A stretch of 37,900 bases of DNA from positions 1-37,900 of the forward strand of contig CAZCPW010000001.1 in assembly GCA_964499925.1 (NCBI GenBank). The letters run 5' to 3'. The translations under genes were made by a program, and so were the position numbers. The notes beneath the pieces are model-generated. The model saw only the letters and a list, made by a program, of their open reading frames with translations. It did no database searches and was not told the origin of the DNA. Each line of letters begins with the position of its first letter. The first letter of the stretch is position 1. Of this stretch, positions 1 to 8,069 are shown piece by piece. Source of the DNA: an uncultured Lachnospiraceae bacterium (GTDB taxonomy: Bacteria > Bacillota > Clostridia > Lachnospirales > Lachnospiraceae).

Positions 1-186
1 GTCATCAGAAAGACAAAGAAGGGCCGCAGATACTTCGGCTGCATAGGCATACCGGAATGTGATTTTATGGTTTGGCAGAAGCCCGTAAACAAAATGTGCG
101 AGAAATGCGGAAGCATTTACACGGAACGCGGAAAGAAGCTTGTATGCTCAAATCCGGAGTGCGGCAATGTAATTGATAAAGATTGA
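1..186 (+). CDS. topA: DNA topoisomerase I, C-terminal zinc-ribbon part (5'-truncated by window edge)
   Basis: Frame 1 reads VIRKTKKGRRYFGC..PECDFMVWQKP...CEKCG...CSNPECG, stop TGA at 184-186. Cys pattern is typical of TopA C-terminal zinc ribbons, and topA upstream of codY is a common Firmicutes order. Confidence 0.88.
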   Translation, partial: VIRKTKKGRRYFGCIGIPECDFMVWQKPVNKMCEKCGSIYTERGKKLVCSNPECGNVIDKD

Positions 187-273
187 ATCGCCTATCTAAT
201 GTAGGGATTCGCTTGACATAAACAATAAAGCAACAGAAATTGTCTTAAATGATATGCAATTTAATCAAATCGG

Positions 274-302
274 TTGAATATTCAATAATTACATGCTACA
301 AT
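274..302 (+). promoter_or_regulatory. Putative sigma-A promoter of codY
   Basis: TTGAAT (274-279), 17 nt spacer, TACAAT (297-302) with extended TG at 294-295. The perfect palindrome TTGAATATTCAA (274-285) overlaps the -35. Confidence 0.6.
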
Positions 303-343
303 GCATTTGTATTTTTAGTTCGCACATCTGCTTGGAGGTAAGT

Positions 344-1129
344 ATGGGTAGTGTTCAATTATTAGACAAGACAAGAAAAATCGGAAAGCTTTTACATAAC
401 AACAATTCGAGCAAGGTAGTATTTAACGATATCTGCCGTGTGATGAAAGACATTTTAAGTTCCAATGTCTTGGTCATCAGTAAGAAGGGCAAAGTGCTTG
501 GTGTGGGCGAAAGTACCTATATCGATACAATTGACGAGCTTATTGATGACAGCATAGGAAGTTTTATCGATCCTATGTTAAATGAAAGACTTTTAGCTGT
601 TCTTTCCACAAAGGAAAACGTCAATCTTACGACGCTTGGCTTTGAGCATACCGATATCAATAAGTTCCAGGCCGTTATTTCTCCCATCGAAATTGCAGGA
701 GAGAGACTGGGAACACTCTTTGTATATAAATGCAATGCTACGTACGACATAGACGATATCATTCTTTGCGAGTACGGCACGACGGTTGTAGGACTTGAGA
801 TGCTTCGTGCAGTCAACGAGGAAAATGCCGAGGAAGCAAGAAGAATTGCGGTTGTTCGCTCCGCAATCAGCACACTTTCTTTTTCCGAGATGGAAGCTAT
901 CGTGCATGTATTTGACGAGCTTAACGGAACGGAGGGCATTTTGGTTGCTTCGAAGATTGCGGACAGAGTCGGAATCACCCGCTCGGTAATCGTAAATGCA
1001 ATCAGAAAGTTCGAAAGCGCCGGCGTAATTGAGTCACGCTCATCGGGCATGAAGGGTACCTATATCAGAGTTTTAAACGATGCGGTCTTCCCGGAAATCG
1101 CCAAGCTTAAAAAGGATAAGAACATTTAG
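344..1129 (+). CDS. codY: GTP/branched-chain amino acid-sensing transcriptional repressor CodY
   Basis: LLDKTRKI N-terminus, GAF-like region, and the CodY HTH ASKIADRVGITRSVIVNAIRKFESAGVIESRS. Start moved from 293 to ATG 344 because of SD GGAGG at 334-338. Confidence 0.97.
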   Translation: MGSVQLLDKTRKIGKLLHNNNSSKVVFNDICRVMKDILSSNVLVISKKGKVLGVGESTYIDTIDELIDDSIGSFIDPMLNERLLAVLSTKENVNLTTLGFEHTDINKFQAVISPIEIAGERLGTLFVYKCNATYDIDDIILCEYGTTVVGLEMLRAVNEENAEEARRIAVVRSAISTLSFSEMEAIVHVFDELNGTEGILVASKIADRVGITRSVIVNAIRKFESAGVIESRSSGMKGTYIRVLNDAVFPEIAKLKKDKNI

Positions 1130-1130
1130 T

Positions 1131-1157
1131 TAAGGAACGGCACTGAATAGCCGATAT
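1131..1157 (+). promoter_or_regulatory. Putative sigma-28 (SigD/FliA) promoter
   Basis: TAAG (1131-1134), 15 nt spacer, GCCGATAT (1150-1157). Compare SigD consensus TAAA-N15-GCCGATAT. Confidence 0.6.
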
Positions 1158-1183
1158 ATTAATAGTAATGGATTACGAACTTG

Positions 1184-1212
1184 AAAGGGACTTCTAAAGA
1201 GGTTCCTTTTTT
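1184..1212 (+). terminator. Rho-independent terminator after codY
   Basis: AAAGGGACTTC-TAAA-GAGGTTCCTTT stem-loop (with G-U pairs) running into a T tract. Confidence 0.7.
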
Positions 1213-1352
1213 ACTATATAGGAAATTGCTCTGCAATCCCCTATATAGCAAAAAAGGCACTACGTGCCACTGATGCGCACTCGCGCGATTGGAAAATGTC
1301 GCTAACGCGACCGCGCTCGGCGCGAGCGTTCCGCAGGCGGAACGCTTTTTTA
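1207..1352. repeat. Multi-hairpin palindromic intergenic element, copy 1
   Basis: Chain of inverted repeats: TTTTTTACTATATAGG..ATTGC-TCT-GCAAT..CCTATATAGCAAAAAA, GGCAC-TAC-GTGCC, GTCGC-TAAC-GCGAC, CGCGC-TCG-GCGCG, AGCGTTCCG-CAGG-CGGAACGCT plus T tract. Both ends recur at 13465-13491 and 13615-13648. Confidence 0.7.
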
Positions 1353-1440
1353 GTTCGCAAATATGCCAAGATACCGTCCACATTTGGTACGGGCGCAAAA
1401 AATAAAACACAATATTATGTGGTTTTTAATTAAAATAATC

Positions 1441-1468
1441 TTGTGTTTTCAAGAAAACTATTTATAAT
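1441..1468 (+). promoter_or_regulatory. Putative sigma-A promoter of the fla/che operon
   Basis: TTGTGT (1441-1446), 16 nt spacer, TATAAT (1463-1468), with an AT-rich UP-like region upstream. It lies about 50 nt before the flgB start. Confidence 0.6.
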
Positions 1469-1515
1469 GAAATAAGGTAGGCACAGTGTAGGCTTGCTTG
1501 CCAAAAGGAGGTTAA

Positions 1516-1905
1516 ATGATCAAATCAAACGCCTTTGATTACATTAATGTCTTGGACAAGGCCGCAGATGCTTCGTGGCTTAGAAATGATGCGATTGCAA
1601 ACAATATTGCAAACGTCGACACTCCCGGTTACAAGAGGGAGGATGTTACCTTTGAAAGTGAGCTTTCAAAGGCTTTAAAGCATTCAAACTATGAGTCCAT
1701 GGACAGCAAGGTTAAAAATCTTACGAACAGAGACCTTGAAGCACGTACATACAAGGATTATTCGGGGTATTCGTACAGACTTGACGGAAATAACGTTGAT
1801 ATTGAAACGGAAAATACCATGCTTGCGAAGAACCAGCTCATGTACGAGGGCTTGTTAAACAGTATCAGTCAGGAGTTTTCGAATCTCCAGACGGCGATGA
1901 AGTAG
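1516..1905 (+). CDS. flgB: Flagellar basal-body rod protein FlgB
   Basis: ANNIANVDTPGYK rod motif and DGNNVDIE. SD AGGAGG. First gene of the cluster. Confidence 0.96.
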   Translation: MIKSNAFDYINVLDKAADASWLRNDAIANNIANVDTPGYKREDVTFESELSKALKHSNYESMDSKVKNLTNRDLEARTYKDYSGYSYRLDGNNVDIETENTMLAKNQLMYEGLLNSISQEFSNLQTAMK

Positions 1906-1915
1906 GAGGTTTATT

Positions 1916-2359
1916 ATGAGCATTTTTTCTTCTTTTGACATTAACGCTTCGGGACTGACCGCACAGAGATATCGTATGGACATCATTTCCGAGAACGTTG
2001 CAAATGCAAACACAACGCGTACGGAAGACGGAACTCCCTACGTCAGAAAGGTAGTCACCTTTGAAGAAAAGGGATCGCAGACAGCTTTCTCAAGAGTTTT
2101 GAACAATTCCATAGACAGCTATTCGGGTGGCGGTGTAAAGGTCTCGGGTGTATACGAGGACACCGTAACCGAGATGAACAAGGTTTATGACCCTTCACAT
2201 CCCGATGCCGATGAGGATGGTTACGTCACCTATCCGAATGTAAATATTATTACAGAGATGACAAACCTCATAGATGCAACCCGGTCTTATGAAGCCAATT
2301 CAACCGCATTCACGGCAAGCAAATCAATGGCCTTAAAGGGCTTGGAGTTAGGCCAGTAA
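1916..2359 (+). CDS. flgC: Flagellar basal-body rod protein FlgC
   Basis: SGLTAQRYRMDIISENVANANTTR, YDPSHPDAD.DGYV.YPNVN and RSYEAN motifs. Confidence 0.97.
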   Translation: MSIFSSFDINASGLTAQRYRMDIISENVANANTTRTEDGTPYVRKVVTFEEKGSQTAFSRVLNNSIDSYSGGGVKVSGVYEDTVTEMNKVYDPSHPDADEDGYVTYPNVNIITEMTNLIDATRSYEANSTAFTASKSMALKGLELGQ

Positions 2360-2369
2360 GGAGCAATAA

Positions 2370-2681
2370 ATGAACGTTAATTCATTACTCGGAACGTCTT
2401 CGATTGTCAGTACCGATACGCTTGAAAGCAGTACATCGACAGGAAAGACGAGTAACCTTTTTGATTCGATATTAAACAGTGCAATTGACAATATTAACAG
2501 TACAAACAGCCTCCTTTCCGATGCGGAAAATGAGGAGATCAGTTTTGCCATGGGTGAATCGGAAAACACTCATGACTTAATGATTGCACTTCAGAAAGCC
2601 TCCACGGCATTACAGTATACCGTAGCCGTGAGAGATAAGTTTTTGGATGCATATAAAGAGATTATGAACATGCAAATCTAA
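2370..2681 (+). CDS. fliE: Flagellar hook-basal body complex protein FliE
   Basis: C-terminal HDLMIALQKA..ALQ..VAVRDK..DAYKEIMNMQI signature. Confidence 0.96.
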   Translation: MNVNSLLGTSSIVSTDTLESSTSTGKTSNLFDSILNSAIDNINSTNSLLSDAENEEISFAMGESENTHDLMIALQKASTALQYTVAVRDKFLDAYKEIMNMQI

Positions 2682-2795
2682 TGTTACTATTCGCAGGCAT
2701 GCATAAATCATACATATGCGTTGCAAGTTTTTCGCATGCGGAGCAGTCTGCAAATAGTTATATAGCATAAGTTTCAGACATTGGAGCAGTTAGAA

Positions 2796-4406
2796 ATGGG
2801 CGAGAAGATACTTAACAAGCTTAAAGAAATCGGACAAAAAATATTAGCCTGGTGGAATCACTTTACCGCAAAGCAGAAGACTTTAATCATTGCTATCGCG
2901 GCAGGTGTTGTTGTTGCGCTTGTGATTCTTTATTCCGTATTGTCTTCTCCGAATTATACCCTTCTGCAACAGTGTGACTCCACAAAAGAGGCTTCCGAGA
3001 TAACGGCGGCCCTGGATGAAGCAAGCATTTCCTATACCGTTTCCGATGACGGACTTCAGATAAAGGTTCCTAAAGACAATATCGCAACCGCAAGGCTTAC
3101 GCTTGCAAGCAGCGGAATTACCACAACGGGCTATACCATTGAAGAAGCCCTTTCGGGCAGCTTTACCACAACGGAAGCCGATAAAGCAAAGAGATACAAG
3201 CTTTACCTCGAGAGCACTTTTGAAAGCGACTTTGTTTCGATTTTTCCTGCCATAAAGGCTTGTACAGTTCAATTGAATATTCCGGATAATGACGGAACAC
3301 TCTTATCTAAAGAGGAAGAGCCGAGTGCGGCTATTTATTTAAATATAGAAGGCGATTTTACAAGTGAGAACGCCTCCTTTCTTGCGAAGGCCGTAGCTAC
3401 GGCTTTGGGATCTTCAAACACCGACAATATCGTAATCATGGACAGTGAGGCGAACCTCCTTTTTTCGGGAGACGACACTTCGACGGCTGCCGGAAATGCA
3501 ACGAGTCAACTCGGAGTCAAGCAGGAAGCCGAAGAAATTTTAAATAACGGCGTAAAGAAGGTACTTACCGGAACTGGATCGTTCGGTGACATTAAGGTTA
3601 CTTCAAATCTTGTAATAGATTTTTCAACGACGGAAACAACTATTCACAACTATACGCCCGCAGACGGACAGTCGCAGGGCGTTCTTTCCGAGGAATCAAG
3701 CTATACTTCGGAATCGTCGGGGTCTACGGGAGGTACACCCGGAACCGATTCAAACGGAGAAACGACTTACTATTATGAGGATTCTGACACTTCTTCTTCC
3801 ACGATAGAAGAACTCTACAAAAAGTATCTTCCCAACGAGACGATTACCAATACCGTAATTCCCGCAGGTAAGGTTACTTATTCGGAATCATCCCTCGCAG
3901 TTTCATCCACGAATTACATAGTGGTCAAGGAGGACGACGTAAAGGACCAGGGCCTTTTGGACGGAATTACCTGGGAAGAATACAAGGACGCAAACAGCGA
4001 GCGAACCCAAGTGGCCATTACCGACGAAATGCTTGAACTTGCAAGCGATGCCTCCGGCATACCGACCGAGAATATCACAATGGTCGCTTACGAAGAAAAT
4101 TTCTTTGTGGATTCGGAAGGCTCAAATATAAATGCATCTGAAGTAATTCAGATTGCTTTGATAGTCATCATACTGGGACTTTTAGCCCTTGTCGTTATTA
4201 AGAGCATGCGCGGTGAAAAGACCGAGGAAGAACCCGAACCTTTGTCGGTTGAGACGCTTCTTCAATCAACCCCTGAAGAACCGGTACCGGATATCGAGCT
4301 TGAACAGATATCCGAGACCAGAAAGATGGTTGAAAAGTTTGTTGACGAGAATCCCGAGGCAGTTGCAAATCTGCTCCGCAACTGGCTCAATGAAGGCTGG
4401 GATTGA
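2796..4406 (+). CDS. fliF: Flagellar MS-ring protein FliF
   Basis: Two TM segments, GGTPGTDSN motif and C-terminal NPEAVANLLRNWL. Lies between fliE and fliG. Start is ATG 2796 or TTG 2781. Confidence 0.93.
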   Translation: MGEKILNKLKEIGQKILAWWNHFTAKQKTLIIAIAAGVVVALVILYSVLSSPNYTLLQQCDSTKEASEITAALDEASISYTVSDDGLQIKVPKDNIATARLTLASSGITTTGYTIEEALSGSFTTTEADKAKRYKLYLESTFESDFVSIFPAIKACTVQLNIPDNDGTLLSKEEEPSAAIYLNIEGDFTSENASFLAKAVATALGSSNTDNIVIMDSEANLLFSGDDTSTAAGNATSQLGVKQEAEEILNNGVKKVLTGTGSFGDIKVTSNLVIDFSTTETTIHNYTPADGQSQGVLSEESSYTSESSGSTGGTPGTDSNGETTYYYEDSDTSSSTIEELYKKYLPNETITNTVIPAGKVTYSESSLAVSSTNYIVVKEDDVKDQGLLDGITWEEYKDANSERTQVAITDEMLELASDASGIPTENITMVAYEENFFVDSEGSNINASEVIQIALIVIILGLLALVVIKSMRGEKTEEEPEPLSVETLLQSTPEEPVPDIELEQISETRKMVEKFVDENPEAVANLLRNWLNEGWD

Positions 4407-4428
4407 TTCTTAAAGAGATGGGATACAT

Positions 4429-5445
4429 ATGGCAAAGAATACTGAGGAAAAAATAAACGGAATACAAAAGGCGGCTATCCTTTTGATAGTGTTGGGACCC
4501 GAGCGTTCTTCCACCATTTTTAAGCACCTAAAGGAAGAAGAAATTGAAGAGCTCACCCTTGAAATAGCAAATACCAGAAGCATTACACCGGCGGTTAAAG
4601 AAAGCGTTATAGAGGAATTCTATCAGGTGTGCCTGGCCCAGCAGTATATCGCCGAAGGCGGTATCGGCTATGCCAAGGAACTTCTTGAAAAGGCACTCGG
4701 TTCCGACAAGGCTTTGGACGTCATCGGAAAGCTTACGGCATCCCTGCAGGTTAAGCCTTTTGAATTCGTACGTAAAACAGATGCGGCACAGCTGCTTAAC
4801 TTTATACAGGACGAGCATCCCCAGACCATTGCCCTTATTCTTTCATATCTGCCTGTGAGCCAGGCGGCAACCATTATTTCGGCCCTTCCTCCGGACAGAC
4901 AGTCAGACGTTACAAAGCGTATTGCATCCATGGACAGGACGAGCCCGGATGTCATAAAGGAAGTGGAGAAGGTCTTGGAGAGCAAGCTTGCTTCCCTGAT
5001 AAATCAGGATTACACGATTATCGGCGGTGTGGATGCGGTTGTCGAAATTTTGAATACCGTAGACCGCGGTACCGAGAAGCATATCATGGAAACTCTCGAA
5101 ATCGAAGAGCCCGAGCTTGCCGATGAAATCAGAAAGAAAATGTTCGTATTCGAGGATATTCTGCTGCTTGACGACAGAGCCATTCAGAGAGTTCTCAGGG
5201 ATGTTGACAATAACGATCTTGCAATCGCACTTAAGGGTGCAAACGAGCAGGTTCAGTCGGCAATCTTCAACAACCTGTCGAAGCGTCTTGCCGTCATGAT
5301 AAAGGAAGACATGGACTTCATGGGACCTGTTCGTATGAAGGACGTAGAAGAAGCACAGCAAAAGATAGTAAATATAATCAGAAAACTGGAAGACTCAGCG
5401 GAAATTGTTATTTCCAGAGGCGGTGGGGACGAAATAGTTGTCTAA
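4429..5445 (+). CDS. fliG: Flagellar motor switch protein FliG
   Basis: KAAILL, EHPQTIALILS, MFVFEDI and GPVRMKDVEEAQQKIV motifs. Confidence 0.98.
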   Translation: MAKNTEEKINGIQKAAILLIVLGPERSSTIFKHLKEEEIEELTLEIANTRSITPAVKESVIEEFYQVCLAQQYIAEGGIGYAKELLEKALGSDKALDVIGKLTASLQVKPFEFVRKTDAAQLLNFIQDEHPQTIALILSYLPVSQAATIISALPPDRQSDVTKRIASMDRTSPDVIKEVEKVLESKLASLINQDYTIIGGVDAVVEILNTVDRGTEKHIMETLEIEEPELADEIRKKMFVFEDILLLDDRAIQRVLRDVDNNDLAIALKGANEQVQSAIFNNLSKRLAVMIKEDMDFMGPVRMKDVEEAQQKIVNIIRKLEDSAEIVISRGGGDEIVV

Positions 5446-6277
5446 TTCCAATATTTTTAAAAACGGATTTCAAAGACTTTCAAAGGAAAACATCCGCGTG
5501 ATAGACTCAAATGCCATTGCGGCAAAAAAACTTGAGCGCTACACGGGGGTGTTTAAAGAGTCTGATTCGTCAGATTCACCTGCCTCGGAAGAAGATGAGG
5601 ACGGACTGTCAGATTCTTCGCTTGAAGCACTTACGGGTGATGATGAAATTGCAAAAGAACCTTCTTTAAGCGCTGAAGCCATAGTGAAAAATGCACATAA
5701 AGAAGCCGAGAACATTTTAAACGAAGCAAGGCTTAAGGCAGACGAAATCGTAGGTCAGGCAAAAGACGAAGCCGAAAATATTAAGACAAATGCCAGAAAC
5801 GAAGGCTTTGAAACAGGGCGCACGGAGGCTGTGAAAGAGGCCGAAGAGTCAAGAAAAGCTTTCGAATCAGAAAAAGAAAACTTTAAATCCGAATATCAAA
5901 AACTTCTGTCCGAAGTCGAACCCAAAATGGTGGAAACGATATGCGGGGTTTACAGGGCAATTTTCGGAGAAACTCTTTATTCGAGAAAGGATGTAATGCT
6001 CTGCCTTATAAACAAGGCACTTATGAATATTGAGGGAAACGACAGGGTGACGATTTACGTAGGTTCCGAAGACTATGATTTGCTCGCCGGCATGAAGGAC
6101 AGCTTTTTAAGCCGCAGTTCGCTTAAAGAAAGCACGGAAATCCTTCTAAAGGAAGGCTTAAAGCCGGGCTCTGCCATGATAGAGACTTCCTACGGAGTCA
6201 TTGACTGCAGTATCGATACCGAGCTAAACGAGCTTACAAATACCTTAAAGCTCTTGTCTTACGAAAATGTTGATTAA
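5438..6277 (+). CDS. fliH: Flagellar assembly protein FliH
   Basis: Acidic linker, AxxxGxxxG repeat (ARNEGFETGR) and C-terminal G..IETSYGVID. Lies between fliG and fliI. TTG start overlaps the end of fliG. Confidence 0.88.
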   Translation: MSNSNIFKNGFQRLSKENIRVIDSNAIAAKKLERYTGVFKESDSSDSPASEEDEDGLSDSSLEALTGDDEIAKEPSLSAEAIVKNAHKEAENILNEARLKADEIVGQAKDEAENIKTNARNEGFETGRTEAVKEAEESRKAFESEKENFKSEYQKLLSEVEPKMVETICGVYRAIFGETLYSRKDVMLCLINKALMNIEGNDRVTIYVGSEDYDLLAGMKDSFLSRSSLKESTEILLKEGLKPGSAMIETSYGVIDCSIDTELNELTNTLKLLSYENVD

Positions 6278-6279
6278 GC

Positions 6280-7590
6280 ATGAATATAAATATTGATTTT
6301 GACAAATATAAAAGGCTTTCGGAACATTCTTTTTATAAGACCCGCGGAAAGATTGCAAATGCGGTCGGCCTGACGCTTGAAAGCTACGGACCGGATTCGC
6401 GTTTGGGCGACATATGTACCATTTATTCAAAAGAAGATTCCAATCCAATCGCTACGGCGGAGGTTGTAGGGTTTAAAGAGGGACGCACCCTGCTCATGCC
6501 CTACGAGCATGTCGACGGAATAAGCGTCGGCTGTGTCGTTGAAAATGAAAATCATCCGTTGGAAGTCACGGTATCAAATGAACTTTTGGGACTTACTTTG
6601 GACGGCCTCGGGAGACCTGATAAAGGTATAACGGTAAGGGGCGCAAAGTACCCAATAGAGGCAGCGCCTCCCGACCCTATGTCAAGAGAGATTATAAGTG
6701 ATGTTCTGCCGCTCGGAGTAAAAGCAGTAGACGGGCTTCTGACTATAGGCAAGGGACAGCGTGTAGGCATATTTGCAGGCTCGGGTGTAGGAAAGTCGAC
6801 CTTACTCGGAATGTTTGCAAGAAACACAAAGGCAGATATAAACGTAATTGCTCTTATCGGAGAGCGTGGCCGTGAGGTCAGGGAATTCGTGGAAAGAGAC
6901 TTAGGCCCCGAGGGCATGAAACGAAGCGTCCTTGTCATTGCGACAAGTGACAGACCTGCTCTTGAACGTACGAAGGCCGCAAAGACGGCAACGGCAATAG
7001 CCGAATACTTCAGAGATCAGGGTAAGGATGTACTCTTAATGATGGACTCCCTTACACGTTTTTCAATGGCACAGCGAGAGATAGGACTTGCAAGCGGTGA
7101 GCCACCCGTCTCAAGAGGGTATCCTCCGAGCGTATATGCGGAGATGCCAAAGCTTTTGGAAAGAGCCGGAAGAAGTGACAAGGGTTCAATCACAGGTCTT
7201 TATACGGTCTTGGTAGACGGTGATGACTTCAACGAACCGATTACCGATACCGCAAGAAGTATTCTGGACGGTCATATAGTACTTAACCGTAAAATCGCCC
7301 AAAAGAATCATTATCCCGCGATAGATGTCCTGGCAAGCATTTCAAGATGTATGTCACAGATAGTGACTAAAGATCACAAGAAAAGTGCCGGTAAATTTAA
7401 AAATCTTATGGCCACATATCAGGATGCCGAGGACCTTATCAATATAGGTGCCTACAAATCCGGAAGCAACGAGGAAATCGACGAGGCCATAAAGAAACAT
7501 AAAGCCATCAATGAGTTCCTGATTCAGGATACCGATGAAAAGGTCAGCTTTGAAACGGCGGTGGAAAGCCTTCGGAAAATAGTGGAGTAA
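6280..7590 (+). CDS. fliI: Flagellar export ATPase FliI
   Basis: Walker A GSGVGKST, IGERGREV, Walker B LLMMDSLTR and GEPP..RGYPPS. Confidence 0.98.
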   Translation: MNINIDFDKYKRLSEHSFYKTRGKIANAVGLTLESYGPDSRLGDICTIYSKEDSNPIATAEVVGFKEGRTLLMPYEHVDGISVGCVVENENHPLEVTVSNELLGLTLDGLGRPDKGITVRGAKYPIEAAPPDPMSREIISDVLPLGVKAVDGLLTIGKGQRVGIFAGSGVGKSTLLGMFARNTKADINVIALIGERGREVREFVERDLGPEGMKRSVLVIATSDRPALERTKAAKTATAIAEYFRDQGKDVLLMMDSLTRFSMAQREIGLASGEPPVSRGYPPSVYAEMPKLLERAGRSDKGSITGLYTVLVDGDDFNEPITDTARSILDGHIVLNRKIAQKNHYPAIDVLASISRCMSQIVTKDHKKSAGKFKNLMATYQDAEDLINIGAYKSGSNEEIDEAIKKHKAINEFLIQDTDEKVSFETAVESLRKIVE

Positions 7591-7591
7591 A

Positions 7592-8041
7592 ATGGCAAAA
7601 TTTGTTTTCAGACTTGCGACTGTCCTGAATTTAAAGTTAAGGCTCGAAGAACAGCAGAGAAACGCCTTTGCGGAAGCCAAAAGAAGGCTTGACGACGAAA
7701 CGGACAAGTTAAATGCCCTTAAACAAAAGCTTTCGGATTATGAGGAAGAGGGGCGCACATTAAGAAGCCGGGCCCTGAACATTAAAGAAATCCTTGAGAA
7801 TGAGGAAGCAATTTCTTTTTCCAAGAATGCCATTGAAGAGCAGAAGGCACAGGTCAAACTTTTTGAACGAATGCTCGAAGAAGAAAGGAACAAGCTTAAC
7901 GAATGCATCAAAGAGCGGAAAATGTACGAGCGTTTGAAAGAAAAGGCCTTTGAGGAATTCTTGGAAGAAGAAAAGCACACCGAAGGCGTTGAAAATGATG
8001 AGCATAACAGTTACGTATATGGGACAAAAGAGGAAGAATAG
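7592..8041 (+). CDS. fliJ: Flagellar export protein FliJ
   Basis: MAKFVFRL..VL.LK N-terminus, coiled coil and ERK.YERLKEK. Directly follows fliI. Confidence 0.92.
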   Translation: MAKFVFRLATVLNLKLRLEEQQRNAFAEAKRRLDDETDKLNALKQKLSDYEEEGRTLRSRALNIKEILENEEAISFSKNAIEEQKAQVKLFERMLEEERNKLNECIKERKMYERLKEKAFEEFLEEEKHTEGVENDEHNSYVYGTKEEE

Positions 8042-8069
8042 CGTTTCATTCAGACTTTGGAGATAAAGC

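Noticed and set aside
293..343. N-terminal extension of CodY in the ORF track
   Set aside because: ATG 293 lies inside the predicted promoter and has no SD. ATG 344 follows GGAGG and gives a normal-length CodY.
1352..1402. Possible c-di-GMP-I riboswitch (GCAAA...GGGCGCAAAA)
   Set aside because: No GNRA-capped P2 stem or P3 receptor stem can be built, and it lies upstream of the predicted sigma-A promoter. An Infernal scan would settle it.
1159..1410. 83-aa minus-strand ORF in the codY-flgB spacer
   Set aside because: It runs through the palindromic repeat and terminator, and has no SD or recognisable motif.
1130..1515. Invertible flagellar phase switch like that of C. difficile
   Set aside because: No pair of long inverted repeats flanking a 100-200 bp segment was found; only local hairpins. 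No recombinase gene is in the window.
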